The notes under the pieces: model-generated
What the model was told of the DNA's origin: nothing
The model's database searches: none
The model's input: the letters and a program-made list of their open reading frames with translations, nothing else
Translations under genes and position numbers: made by a program
Shown: piece by piece, positions 26,890 to 40,735 of the stretch
Numbering within the stretch: the stretch's first letter is position 1
How the letters are laid out: each line of letters begins with the position of its first letter
DNA from: Podarcis gaigeae
Lineage: Eukaryota
Length of the DNA stretch: 64,000 nucleotides
Direction: 5' to 3' (one strand)
Assembly: GCA_964106915.2 (NCBI GenBank)
Contig: OZ066917.1

Positions 26890-27120
26890 CCCCCTTCTTT
26901 CTTTCACCTGCTTCCTATTTTTAAACCAGCTGCTGATCCATAATAAGGCCACCTGTTGTATACAACAATTTCTTAGAAGCCTTTTTAAAAGGCCTTTGGA
27001 AGCACTTTGTGAAAATCCAAATTGCCATTATCCATCAGACTATCTGTGTGTAAATATTTGTTGACACTTGCAAAGAAATCTAAAAGGTTAGCAAGGTAAG
27101 ATGTTCATTTGAAGAAGTCA
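26890..27120 (-). mobile_element. Old CR1 reverse-transcriptase fragment
   Basis: Minus strand reads SYLANLLDFFASVNKY...LDFHK and, after a shift, LLWISSWFKNRKQ, matching CR1 RT SCLTNLL.FF...YLDF.KAF...WI..WL..RKQ. Confidence 0.7.
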
Positions 27121-30100
27121 CAATAATCCTTCTACAAACATACTTGTTTTATGTGTCTATCAATTCTAGGGTTTTTTTCAGTCTCTTTCCTAGTGTTAAG
27201 GGTTGTTGAGTTAAAGCAGTGTTGCACATACCAAAGGCTGCAAATGTTTTGTGAAATGATTGGACAGGGGAAATGTTGATTCCATTCACTAATTTCATTG
27301 TTGTGAACAATTCTTTGCCGTTACAACCAGCACAAATTGTACTGGAGCATTGCACATGCTCATCAAACTCCAGCAGGTGTTGAAACTAATAACAAGCTCT
27401 CTATAAATGTATATATGGAGGGGATTGTGCTGTCCTGCAGCTTTATACTTTCATGAGATTTAAATGCAAGCCGGTAGGAAGGCTCATAGTGTTTAAATAT
27501 AAAAGCTCTTAATAATGCAATCTAACATAATAATAAATGGAGAAGGGACATACTCATTCAGTGGCACACTGCTGAAATATGAGGCTTTCACTCATCATGG
27601 AGCCAACCTCCTGCAGTCTTATTTAATTACACTGCAACATTATTACAAAGTAGCCTCTAATTGTCTAATTACGTCTTCCATTTTTTAAAAAACTTGGGTT
27701 TTTTATGCATATAAAACTTCCAAGCTGACAAAGATGTAGGGGGCCTTTCACAAAGTTGTTTAGCATCTTATTTTGTTGTTTTGTACAAGGTTTATCTCAT
27801 GGCTGTTTGTTGCTACTCATTAATGCCTTCCTCAACTTGGACTACTCACCCTTAACGTTTTGCATGCCCTGTGCCTCTCCTTTCAATATATGGAGTTAAA
27901 CACTTCATGGCAATTCCCAACCTTTGCCTTCCTTTTTCAACTGAAACTAGCAATGTGGTGCATGCACAAAATTCAAATGTTCTCCCTCAATTCATGTTCT
28001 TAACCTGCTTTTTCCATCCAGATCCTTGATAAAAGCTTCTTCTAACACTATCCCAATATTTTACCATGATTATGATGCCAGCTGAACAAATATGCTGCTT
28101 TCTGTTTCTTTGTAGCAAATGACAGTTTCTTGGCTTCCATCGTCTCCTTCCACCATTTTGTTCTTCCCATCATCAAAGTTGCTCAACAACAGGACCATAT
28201 TTTTTTATAATAAGGTTTCAGTTTTTAAGTATAGGTCTAGTCAAAACAAGTTATATGCTCCCAGGGCTCTTTCTAGACACCTGGAAGTGCAGCCACTAAC
28301 TGCCCTTATTTCTGGAGTAATTATGCTTATCTATCTATCTAGGCATACTTATCTATTTATATAGATATAATTTGAGGAAAACACCACAGTCATCTGTTAA
28401 ATAGTATACTTATTGGCAATGGAATAAGTCACATTATACTGAGTGGACCTTCTGAATTTATGCCCATAGGATCCAGCAGTAGGCTCCCATGTATCTTCTA
28501 CTTTTCATAGTACACTGGTTCATTTTTATATAAAATGCTCTTATAAGAACATCTTAGCTAATCCATTAAGCAACCCTCTTGTGACACTAATGAAGCTGTA
28601 ATATTTTGCCCAGGGTTATCCGGTACCTGAAAGCTGTTTCTTTGTCTAAACCTCTATATTAAAAAAAAAATGTCGCTTTGGTAAAAATCCAGATATGAGG
28701 TTGAAGACCAATAACAAATATGTAATGGATGTTCTAAAGCTCACTCTGCCATTTGTAAAACTAGACTTAGCGTCAATTAGTCTTAATGGTCCCGTATGTC
28801 CAAACTTTAATGGATCACCAGAAATTTTCTCCCTGTGGATCTGTTTCAGTTTATTATTTTTTGTGTGAAATTTCTGGATAAATGTTCCTCCACTCCTCCT
28901 CAGCTTTGGTCCCAACAGTGATTCAGATACAGATGAAGATTCTTACTCCAGAATCTATCAAAACCTCTCAGAGGTTTTGTAATCAAACAGACTATACATT
29001 TTGTTAAATAAAATAAAATGGCTTATTCTTATCTTCAAGCTAAAAGCTAAGCTTAGTAAATATGGCAAAGTTATTAAGTGATGCTATATTCAGTTTGTGT
29101 CACATAAAAGATCTTTCTTTCTTTTTCTTTCTTTGCTGCTTTTGCTTGCAAAAGATAACTTGGTTTCTCCTCTGCCAACCACTCAGCTGGCATATGTGTG
29201 TGTGTGTAAGAGAGAGAGACAGACAGACAGATGTGGCTTAGCACCCTGTTCAGGTGTGCAAGAGAACTCTCTTGAAGGAACTCTCTGGTGCATTCAGAGC
29301 AAGGAGGATTTCTTTCCCTTCACATCAGCCAAGCAGCAAATCCTGCTAAGCAATGGGCACTTGCTTTCTTCCTTTTTTTTGCCTCTTCCTTGCACTTTCT
29401 GAATCCTTCCTCTGTTGCCATTTGCTTATCTCACTTTATTTCACAATTCTTTTTATCACAAACTGCTTCCCTGTTGCCTTTTCTTCTCTGCTGACACCTT
29501 CCACCTTCTCACACATTTCAAGTTCTTTTTTCCTCACACCCTTTCCTACTTTCTTTTACCTGCTATTATTGCCTTCCCTATAGACATTCACAGCCATTCC
29601 ATCACACGTAACTGATCTGACCAGAAACAGCTAAAATTCCTTGTCTTCCATCCATCACGCACTAAAATCTACTTCTGCAAGGAGCAGGCAAATGGAACCA
29701 GGGACACTTGAGGCATTAGGAACTAACATTTCAGCATTCTAGGATAGCTCTGTTCCTGAAGAAGTCTAGAAAACCATAGAAATAGACTTCAAAGTGACTA
29801 GAATGCTCCTGCTCTATTTAGAACTCCCTCAAGAGAGGTGTAGCTACTGTATGGGATCTGGAACATGTAAGAAATATGTACCTTATTGGGAAGAGACTTA
29901 TACCTTTCACCTGTCACATTATTGCAGCCCTTCCGGAAATTGTTAGAATGGATTTTTCATCAGAATAACACATTCTAGTTGAGGCCCCATGTGCAGTGCC
30001 CCTTTGGCCTAGGTAACTTTAGCAAGTGTCCAGCATGGCAGTGACAGCTTTGTAGCAATCCACCTGAAGGTCCTGACACATTGGTTGAAAACTTGTGAAC

Positions 30101-31954
30101 TATAAAGATCAGGGATAGATGGCTTAATCTTCTGTATTCTTTTCCTAAGTTAGCACTTGTAGGAATTTGCTTCACTCATTCACTCCATTCCTAAGAAAGT
30201 GTTCTTAATTCTGTTGTTGCACGACAGCACAAATTTATACATGTCTACTCAAAAGTAAGGCCCACTGTGTTCAAAAGGGTTTACGCCCAAGTCACTTGTG
30301 TATAGGATTGTGCTGTAACTTGCTTTCAAGAGTATAAAAGGGTACACCAATATCTCAAGAAGGAAATTTGTCCTTACCATGGTAAAAAAAAAGAATGATC
30401 CCTCATTTACTGTGTGATTAGACAGTAGTAATAGTAATAATTTCTTTAAATGTTAATCACGGTAGAGTTTCCTAGGCTTGTTAAACTCCTGTTTTATTTT
30501 TCAGCTTAAATTACTAGGCTGTAATACTTCCTTAGATTCCAGATAAGGTATTTCCCCATATTTTTTTTAAGGCAATGGTTAAGGGCAATAACAACTGTCG
30601 GGACCATGAAGATAGCTTTGCTCATACTTACTAAGCCTTGGTTCATACATGAAGCCCAGGCAATACTGAAGTATCATGGTGGATGACATGTGCATGTGTA
30701 TTCCTGTCTCCATTTTGAGATAATTTGAGTGTGAACTGAATGCTGTATTTGAACATCCAAACACAGAGAAAAGTGATTCATGTGACATCCCACTTCTTTG
30801 AGGGAAGGGGGAAAATCACATGAAACTACTAAATCTATGAACCAAGGCTGTGGGTAGGATTCAACTAATAGTTTCCTTCAGTGGAAGCCCTGCACAGGGA
30901 CTTCCCTTTGCGCAATGATGCCCTCCCTCTTCCATGCACAAACACTGCACCACCCAAAACTGGCTTCTGGGGTCAGGACAGCCCACAGTGGGGAATTACT
31001 CTGTCATGCCAAAATGTTTGACCTGATAGAATGATCACCTTAGCTTGATGTTCAATTCCCCCCTATGTCTTTTCAGTTTATACTTCAGACCAATAACTGG
31101 GGGGTTCGCATTATTCAGCATACTTGTTTTATGAGGACAGTAATTTTTACCTGCAAAAAATACTGTGGTCTTGATACCCTGTTCAGATGTTTGAATTCAT
31201 ATGGTGATGATGGACCTTCGTTCTTCAGATCTTCTCTGTGAACATGTGAGTGGTGGTTGGCAAGCTTGCTGGGGATAAGGCTAGCAGGTGCCAGCCCTGT
31301 GAACTTGCAATTCAACCAGTGGGTAGGCCTTAATGCTTTTGCTGCTGGTAAAATCACTGGCAAAACTATAACCAGAATGAAAATACCAGACTGTTTTGCA
31401 AGTGCAGAGCTACAGCCAGCTTAAACTGCTGATCTCATGAGCTTCTTCAGTCATTAGGAATCAATTATACCTTATACTTCACAAAGTGATTGTGAGGAAT
31501 AGGACTTGAGTGGACAAAAAGCAGCAACTGTTTTATTGTAGCAGCTGTTTTATAGCAGCAACTGCAGATCTAAGAAATTCCAGATCTTTTCACTATAATA
31601 GAGCACAATTCTGCAAAATGGCTGATTTTTCTAAAGGTGGTACAAATGCATGATGTGGTGGTAACGTACTTTATGTGTCAACATCTATTAATTGTTCCCA
31701 ATGTTATGAGCAATTAGAATATCGTAATAGAAACAATAGTCTACTGCCTTAAAACTTCAGACTACAAAGCTTTATTTATTTTACAAAATGTATATACTAC
31801 TTGATTGTAGAAAACGACCTCAAAGTGGTTTATACATCCATGTGTTGTATTTTTAGAAAAACAAATTCTTTTTTGCAAATTATTCATAGTTAATGCTGGT
31901 TAAGAAAGATAATTCTACTCCATTTTCCAGATGAGAATTGAGAGAAAACACATT

Positions 31955-32670
31955 CATAGAATCATAGAATTGTAGAGTTGGAAGGGACCCCAAGTGTTGT
32001 CTAGTCCAACCCCCTGCAGCAGCAATAATAATAATAATAATCATAATAATCATAATCATAATCATAATCATAATCATAATCATAACAACAATTTATTTAT
32101 AACCCACCCATCTGGCTGGGTTTCCCCAGCCACTCTGGGCGGCTTCCAACAAAATATTAAATACAATAGTGTGTCAAACATTAAAAGCCTCCCTAAACAG
32201 GGCTGCCTTCAGATGTCTTCTAAAAGTCTGGTAGTTGTTGTTCTCTTTGACATCTGGTGGGAGGGCGTTCCACAGGGCGGGTGCCACTACTGAGAAGGCC
32301 CTCTGCCTGGTTCCCTGTAACTTGACTTCTCGCAGTGAGAGAACCGCCAGAAAGCCCTCGGTGCTGGATCTCAGTGTCCGGGCTGAACAATGGGGGTGGA
32401 GACACTCCTTCATGTATACTGGACTGAGGCCGTTTAGGGCTTTAAAGTTCAGCACCAACACTTTGAACTGTGCCTGAAAAAGTACTGGGAGCCTGCAATG
32501 CAGGAATCCCAACTAAAGCATCCATAACAGACGGCCATTGCTCTGCTTCAAAACCTCCATGGAAGGAGAGTCCACCACCATCCGAGAGAATCCATTCCAC
32601 CACCAAACAGCTCCTACTTAGAAAATTCTTCCTGCTGTTTAGTCAGAATCTCCTTTCTTGTAATTTGAAG
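31955..32670 (-). mobile_element. CR1 LINE 3' end, interrupted by an L2 insertion
   Basis: catagaatcatagaat is the reversed (ATTCTATG)n tail; CR1 sequence resumes at 32492. Confidence 0.85.
32019..32491 (-). mobile_element. 5'-truncated L2 LINE with microsatellite tail
   Basis: ORF 32174-32512: QFKVLVLNFKALNGLSPVYM...RAFSVVAPALWNALP...FRRHLKAALFREAF. (TAA)/(TCATAA)n tail; flanked by cctgca. Confidence 0.92.
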
Positions 32671-34080
32671 CTTGGTTGGTGACTGGTGTTTTCAGCAGAC
32701 CATTTTGAGGTTGGGATTTGAGACTGTCCCTACAGCAGCTCATCAGGACAGCCAACCACCATTCAGCACTGCAGCTCCTCATAAAGTGAGGCAATCATGG
32801 AGAGGCTGCAGTGCAATATAACGTAGTGCTTGGCTGAAGGCCCTCATGCTTTGTAGTACTGTTATTTTCTTGAGATCAACTCCCATGCTTGTTCTTCTCA
32901 CCATCACTGTGTTCAAAATACTCATGACTAGAACTGAGATGAGTTTCTAGATTGCTAGAACTGGGTTTCCACTGTCATGTCAAAATTTGCATCTTTAATG
33001 AAGGAAGGCAAAGGCTGAGCAAACTGAATGAAAATTTTAAAAATGTGTTTCTCTGTTTTTAATCCAATCACTATTTAGATAGAGCTATGCAAATGGTCCC
33101 AATGGCTGCAGGGAACTGTAGTTTAGGGACCAGGGTAACTCTGTAAAATAGATACAATTTTAAGTGGTGTGTGTGAGGGAAGAGATAATTACATACTTGG
33201 GAACTTTAGTCATATTTTTGCAGTCTAGTGTTTAATACAAAAGCATCTTTGCATGTGATAAGTAGGGGATATAAAGACTCTCAAAAACTCAATCAGTAGT
33301 GGGTGGAAGCTTCTGAGAGCACTCTTCCATTTGTTTACTTCTCTGTGCAAGTGCAGTTAATGATAAGTAAATTACCTCTGTGACACTACTGAGAAGTTTA
33401 TCAAAAATTAAAACCAGGTGCAGATCAAAGATATCCCAGAAGTACATCTGATAATTATGGTAGGATTAGTGTAAAATGAATGCATTTATTACCCATGATA
33501 TCATTCAATATGTCTAGAGAATAGCGGTACTTTATTTTAATTAGCTGTTTCTTTCACTGGGTTCTGTGGTCAAACTATCTTGATAAGAAAACAAGTGTAG
33601 CAATTGGTCAGAAAGCTTGTAGCAAATCTTGTTTCAAATTGAAGCAATTTATTTCTTTAAAAAATCTACAACTGAAAAGCAATCAATGGACTTTTCCATT
33701 AGAGTAGATCCAGGCTTGTGCTACCGCAAGACTATTGTTAATTGCCTGTAACTAATGATTGCTTTGCCCTCAAATGTAACTCTTCAGCACTCATTCATTT
33801 GTTGTGTTTAACAGAATGCCATTTCCCCAAGGAAATGCCTGGTAATTTTCCTCTGCAGTTTTCAGAGCTCTCTCAGTCCTTAAACAGGGCAAGGCCTGTG
33901 ATTTAATGTCATAACACAAAGTCTAAACAGATATGAAATGGTGTGCACTTCTTGTTTCTTTCTTCCCTCCTTCCCCTTGTAGTGGGAAATTATTATTTTT
34001 TTAAAAAATAATAATCTATCACTTCCAGGACTTTCAAATAAAGTAATAATACTTGCAGCTGCTGCAGCCCTGCAACAAAA

Positions 34081-34331
34081 CAGTCATACCTTGGATCCTG
34101 AATGCCCTGGAACTCAGATGTTTTGGCTCCTGAACGCCGCAATCCCAGAAGTGATTGTTCTGGTTTACAAACATTCTTTTGGAACCCAAATGTCCAACGG
34201 GGCTTCCACGGCTTCCGATTGGCTGCAGGAGCTTCCTGTAGCCAATCAGAAGCCGTGGTTTGGTTTTCGAACATTTTGGAAGTCGAACGGACTTCCAGAA
34301 CGGCTTCTGTTTGACGTCCAAGGAACGGCTG
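34081..34331. mobile_element. Tigger-like MITE with internal hairpin
   Basis: TIR cagtcataccttgga / tccaaggaacggctg-TA; shares gaacggacttccagaac with the 58696 copy. Confidence 0.75.
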
Positions 34332-36029
34332 TAATGCAAAATGTAGCAGCCCTGTAACAACAAGGCAACATTTTGCATAAGGCATAAGGCATTTTGCATA
34401 AGCATAAGGCAAGAGTTCATTGACAATACTGGATATGTCAAGCTACGCTGGCTTACATTTTGTAAAGTCATGTGACCACAGCCTTCCAACTGTACTGATT
34501 TAATCAGGTAAGTTCCATATATTTTTGGGTGGTGAGAGTCATGGGACTCCTTTGGATTGGATACATGTACCAACTAGTGGATTTTGTGTTGGACACATGC
34601 CATGCTAGAAGTAATGTAGGAGCATGGGATGTTACATTGCTTCTGGAATGAAAAGCATTTGGTGCAATTAGTAAGGTCAATAGAGAATACTCTCAGTTTC
34701 TCCAGATTGATTCTGGTTTAGCAAGCAATGTGTGAGAAGTGGAGGGTTTGAGTGCAATCTAGAGTAAAATTAAGCAAACTTACATCCTGTTGATTGCAGT
34801 GGGACCTAAGTGTACTTTCATCAGAACGGAAGCAAATATATGATAGGTTTTTTTTATAGTTTTAACTGTTAAAAGTGCATGAAAGTGTTCTTCAAATGAG
34901 GCATCCTATGGTCCCTAATGAGATGCGTTTAGTAGCATAAGCATTCAGTAACATACACAATAATTATTTTTTTTTAAAAAAAAACTTCATGATTTTTTTT
35001 CTTTTTGATCTTGTAATAATTATAATCTAGTTTCTCTATACTAGTATTTTTCCCTTGTCTTAATGCATCATCATTACAGCAGGCATATAAATGGTGTATT
35101 TTGCACCTAGCAACCTGGCACATTAAATCCCCATCTTCTGGTTACCACTGAACGGCTGCATCACATGTGGCAGAAAAAGATAAACAGCAATGTAGTAAGC
35201 CAGTGCTGTACAATTTCCATTTCCATTTATTTTCTAAGCCATTTTATTACTATTCTAATGAAACTGTTGTGGGTTTATTTATTTGAGGAAAACAAACATC
35301 TTTTCCCTATAGATAAGAAATATTCCAAATATGTGGAACCAACACTCCTGATCTTAAAACTGTAGAATATAAAGGAGGTTACATTACCATTCTTAAGAGA
35401 ACGGTGTGTTAAATAAATCCTTTTTTTAAAAAAGCAAAAAAGCAAAAATAATATTTAATTACATTTTATTGTCTTCTAGAGAACACTGAGGCCTTTATAG
35501 CAGTTGCATGCATCTCAGTAATAAAAGCATAAACATACCTAGGCAGTGGAAATAACTATTATTGCTTATGTTTCCCCCCCTCTAGCTTTTGTATTTCTAT
35601 AATTGAAATATATGATATTGAATTGTTATAGCAGCAAATACTAAACAAAAACCACGACAATATAGCACACATGACAATGGGATAAAATTCCCTGTCAAAA
35701 ATTTCCAAGGGGCAGTTGTGTCAGTTGGCTCTATCACAAACAAGGAGTCTTGTGACACCTTAAAGAGTACCACATTTATAATATAATACGTTTTCATGAA
35801 CTAGCGTACTCTTGATGATCCAGGCTCTTGAGTTTTGTTTTAAACCTAACTGATAAATAGTGAATAGTAATTATGCCATCACTGGGTATAATAGAAGGTA
35901 CACATACCCTCTGATAATGGAACTCAGGCTCACTTCACTTATTCATGGTCACGCCAATAAACTTCCAGGTCAGGCCCTAGATATGTATAACAGAATGTTG
36001 CAGCCCAACATATTGTGGGTAAGTACTTA

Positions 36030-36140
36030 GCTTCACAGTTGCCTTCCTCATAGGGTTGTTGTGATGATGAAATATGGAGCATACCATGCAGGGCACCTTA
36101 AGCTCCTTGAGGGAGAGGCAGGGTGTAGATAAATATAATA
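36030..36140 (+). mobile_element. L2-tailed/MIR-like SINE 3' part
   Basis: cctcatagggttgttgtga CORE-like motif then an L2-like tail. Confidence 0.5.
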
Positions 36141-37225
36141 GTTGTTGTTTTTTGCAAAAATCACTAATCTCTAGTGCATGCACAACAAAGTCCTTTAATT
36201 CTGCATTCTCTTTTCCCTTTTCATCTGCCAAACAGTATTTTAAAGCTTTTTTTTATGTTGAGCCACAGCCATTTTTCTAGGCTGAATGATAGCAATATTA
36301 CAAGCAATAATGTATTTCAATTTTTTATTTTTTAGCATGACAGACTATTCTTCATCTCTAATTTCAATACAGCTTGTGAAACAATACAACAGCCTTATGA
36401 CATTTAGCAATGCTTCTCTTCATTTTACCACCCCTCATTTCCTGTCTTAACAGCAGCAGGAATAATAGTATGGTCACTCGTATGCAACTGCTTGGTAATT
36501 GTGAGGGCAATGGGCAATGATGACTTTAACACTTGCAGTTATTATCCGATAAGTGATATTACCAAGGAGATTACTGTTGACAGACAGTATGATTACATTT
36601 GTCTTGAGTTGTGTGGATATTTTTTTTTCATCCTTGAAAACTAACCTACATGACAGTGATATCAATCCATCATGCAATCTCCAGTGGTACAACATAACAC
36701 AAGAAAGTGGTCACGTTCCAGTTCTGAATGTCAGAAATGACAAATTGGGGTGATTTGCAACATCTAAGAGAGAGAGAGAAAAGGCAAACCTGTTTATGGA
36801 GAGTTGAGAAGGGAAGATGAATTGCATATCAACAGGGAATGGTGTCAGAGATATTAAAACACAACCGATCCATGAGACACTGGAAGACATGAAATAATTT
36901 GTCTTCACATATTTAAATTTTGAAAAAAGTATATATTTAGCTTCATCCTACATGACTGACAAAAACTCCTTGAACAATGCAACCGCATATGTAAACAGTT
37001 GTGCATATCACAAGACTGTTGTGTACAACAAAAAGATAACCATGGTTGTTGCTTCCTGTAAAAAATGGTGTTATACCTGTGACAAACTAGTAAAACACAT
37101 GCTCTTTCTACAGACAGAATATCTAAATATGTATTTTTTAACTGTTGACAGCATTTTCTGCCCCCACAACATGATAATAAATGGCTGCTTTTAGTTCAGA
37201 ATGTGGTGGTTATTAAGTTTTATAA

Positions 37226-37420
<195 letters not shown>

Positions 37421-38435
37421 TAAAAAAATCCATGGAATTTTAATTTGAAACAAAGTTAAAATAAAGGCAACAAAAAGGAAGAACGCAGTCAAAGCACAAG
37501 ATCACCAAAGAACAGCGAAAAGAAGACTCGCTGATTCCAATCCTTCGTATATAATAGGTAAGCCTATAAAACAGCTAGAGTAAAACATGCTAAAGGGAAC
37601 AACTGAGGGGATCAGGATGTGTAAATGATGCAGACAAGTCATTGGGCCTCTCCAAACTGATGTTTTATTGCAGGTGTATTCTGCAACATATTATTGGCAC
37701 ACTAACAGTGCATTGGTGGTGCATTTATTATTAGTTCTTCTGTAATGTTTCCCCAATGCTACTACTACCTTGTTGCTGTCCAGAATAGCTATGATGCAAC
37801 AAAGGTGGGAAAAGAAGAAATCCCCCAGAAAATTTGCAGTTACAGAATTTCAGCAGAAAATTACAGGATATACACTGACTAGAAATGAAGCAGTAAGACG
37901 ATTCCAAAACTTTTGCAGGAGCAAGTAGTCTTGAAAGCAGGATCACGTATGACCACCTTGATAGAATCATGAACACAATTAATCAGGAATGCTCAATAAA
38001 AAGGATATCTAGAGGGGGCCATAGTCAGAAGAAAATATGCCTATGCATATGTAATTCAGCACTGTTGTTTGACCAGGAATATTTCTATATATGTCCTCTT
38101 GTTCAGTGGGGCTTACACTAAACTATGAATGTTTCAAATTACAATATAAGTGCTATATTAAAATACGGGGGGGGGGGGAGTTACTAAAATATTACTATTC
38201 TACAACAATACCATTGCAGATCAGGTCAAGAAATTTAAGAAACGCTTTAAACCACACATGTGTACTTCTGTCAGTGTCTCATAGGAGTGTGTCCTAAACA
38301 GATCCGTCTAAATCTAGATCAGTTTAATTCTACTTTCTGGGGATGACATTGTAACAGATCTTTATTTATTTTCAGTGACCTAGAGAAGTCATTTTTTCAA
38401 CACTTCCTGGTTAACAGAATCTAAAATTTGTAGTA

Positions 38436-38767
38436 CAGTGGTGCCTCGCAAGACGAAATTAATCCGTTCCGTGAGGCTCTTCGTATAGCGTTTTTTCGTC
38501 TTGCGAAGCAAGCCCATTGACAGCTTAGCGGATTAGCGCTATTAGCGGTTTAGCGGCTTATCAGCTTAGCGGATCAGCTGATAAGCGGCTTAGCTGCTTA
38601 GAAAAAGGGGGAAGGGGGGGGGGAACCGCAGGAACTCACAAGACATTTTCATCTTGCAAAGCAAGCCCATAGGGAAATTCGTTTTGTGAAGCGCCTCCAA
38701 AACGGAAAACCCTTTCGTCTAGCGGGTTTTCCGTCTTGCGAGGCGTTCATCTTGCGGGGCACCACTG
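38436..38767. mobile_element. Tigger/pogo-like MITE with internal TTAGCGG minisatellite
   Basis: TA-cagtggtgcctcgcaagacgaa...ttcatcttgcggggcaccactg-TA; CpG-rich, so probably young. Confidence 0.92.
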
Positions 38768-40266
38768 TATCCAGAGGGCTTGATAGAAGCACCTGGTGTT
38801 AAAACATTAGTTAGGAAATAGTGTAAATGTATTTTCTGCTACTGGTGTCTGCAGAAGAAATTTCTCATTGTGCGTTCAAAGTACATACGCTCTGACCAGT
38901 CCATTCTTTCAACATTATTAAGTACATAGTAATGATTTATTCAGCAAGAGATAAAACACATGTAAATGGACAAAACATTGTACAATTATTCACTAGCCAG
39001 TAAGAATAAACAGTTCCCCCACCCTATAAAAACTTGTGCATTGTTCCCCATAAGATGCTAAAATTTAACAACGGCATGTGAAGAAACGGGAGCACACGGG
39101 ATGGGAGAAGGAGGATGCAAGGGTTAAGGGAGCTGCAGGTTGGCAGTATTGCTGCCCCACTGGTGCATGTAAATCTATGGGACACTATTGGTACCAGACC
39201 AGAGCTTTCCCAACCTTGCCACTGCATTGCCCTTACCACTGCTTCTGCAATGCTGCTCATGGACCACTACTGTTGAGATGTTAATGATATTAGCTGCGCT
39301 ATACTCAAGGTTAATCATATAAATATACTCTGCAGATATGCAATTTCCCATTTTCCTGAAATACCCCACAAATATGTGGTATATTTCAAAACTGTAGTAT
39401 TTCAGCTTATTAGAGATATACATCATAAGATATAAATATGTGAAATAAAAATGGCAATTGTTAATATCTTTATTTGGATCCAAAGTGAAAACTACTACAA
39501 TTGCTACTAATTATTGTCGTTGTTGTTGTTTGGTTTTGTTATTTGACATTGGCTTAAATATGATTGAATTTCTTTTAGCACAGAATTCAATTTAGCAGTG
39601 ATTATTCCTGACAAACTGACAGTTATGATTAACCTTAGGTACTTAATAAAAATTAATATTCACCTGGAACAGTCAACCTTGTAGTACAGGTTCATTCTCC
39701 TTATGGTTGTTAGGCTTGATTACTGGCTTGTTCCAATTTATTAAGACTCTTGATAGAGGTGAACGTTCATTTATTAGATCTAACAGTTTATAAATTGAAG
39801 GAAATGGATTAGGGGGGGGAATCAATAAAGTACAAACAGCATCTAATCACACTTTATATCTCTTTGCTATAATTTTCACTCCAGTAATGTCTAAATTATA
39901 CTGGTTTTGAAGGTACTAGCACTAGCAAAAATACACAATATGTCAGACATTTGCTAAATTGAAGATATATGTAAGTTCTACTATTCATGATTAACCCTGA
40001 ACATGGGGGCTTAGTTGAATCTTAATCAAGTATGCAGAAAAAATGTTAATGTTGTAACAATTCTGTCAAACAAATTGTGGGTAGAAATGCTCCTTTCATC
40101 TAAAGAACACTTTGAGCTCCTAGCAGAAAGCTCCAACTGGCAGTGAAGGGGATAAGGAATTATGCCTATTTCTTCCTTAATTCCAGAACCACTATACATC
40201 ACTCAAATTTTACCACCCAATGCCTGCCTCTTTCCTGTCTGACGCTCCAACCCTGAATCACTCTGA

Positions 40267-40735
40267 CAAAGGCGGATTTAGGGCAGCGTGACTACTTCCT
40301 CTGTACCAGGCATAGGCAAACTCAGCCCTCCAGATGTTTTGAGACTACAGTTCCCATCTTCCCTGACCTCTGGTCCTGTTAGCTAGGGATGATGGGAGTT
40401 GTAGTCCCAAAACATCTGGAGGGCCAAGTTTGCCTGCTTTGTACAGAGTGCTCCTTCCCAAAGCCTAGTAAATACTTGCTTCACGAAAGAGGTGTGAGGG
40501 CTCTGGGAAGGTCCTAGAGACCTCACACAACCTCCCCAAAACCTAGTTAGCACTTTCCCAGGTTTGGGAAGGAGACAGAAGACACTCTAAGACACTGGCA
40601 GAGCCCTCAGCCCCATTTCCAAAGCCTGGTCCCTCACTCACCAGACTTTGGGAAGGCGGCATGACTGCTGGGTGGGGGTGGGGGGGAGCAAATTTTGGCT
40701 TCGCACAGGGTGCTGTATTACTAAGGTCTGCCCAG
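40267..40735. mobile_element. Older hAT-like element hosting a MITE
   Basis: Degenerate TIRs caaaggcggatttag / ctaaggtctgcccag; flanks actctga/agtctga; internal inverted repeats. Confidence 0.5.
40307..40436. mobile_element. Palindromic hAT MITE (CAGGCATAGG family), right TIR missing 6 bp
   Basis: TSD ctctgtac/ctttgtac. Confidence 0.9.

Noticed and set aside
29390-29585. Hydrophobic F/L/S-rich ORFs
   Set aside because: Low-complexity pyrimidine-rich tract.
31880-32293. MIMIMI / NHNHNH repeat ORFs
   Set aside because: Translations of the L2 tail microsatellite.
33993-34573. 139-aa and 179-aa minus-strand ORFs
   Set aside because: Run through a MITE and short tandem duplications; no transposase motifs.
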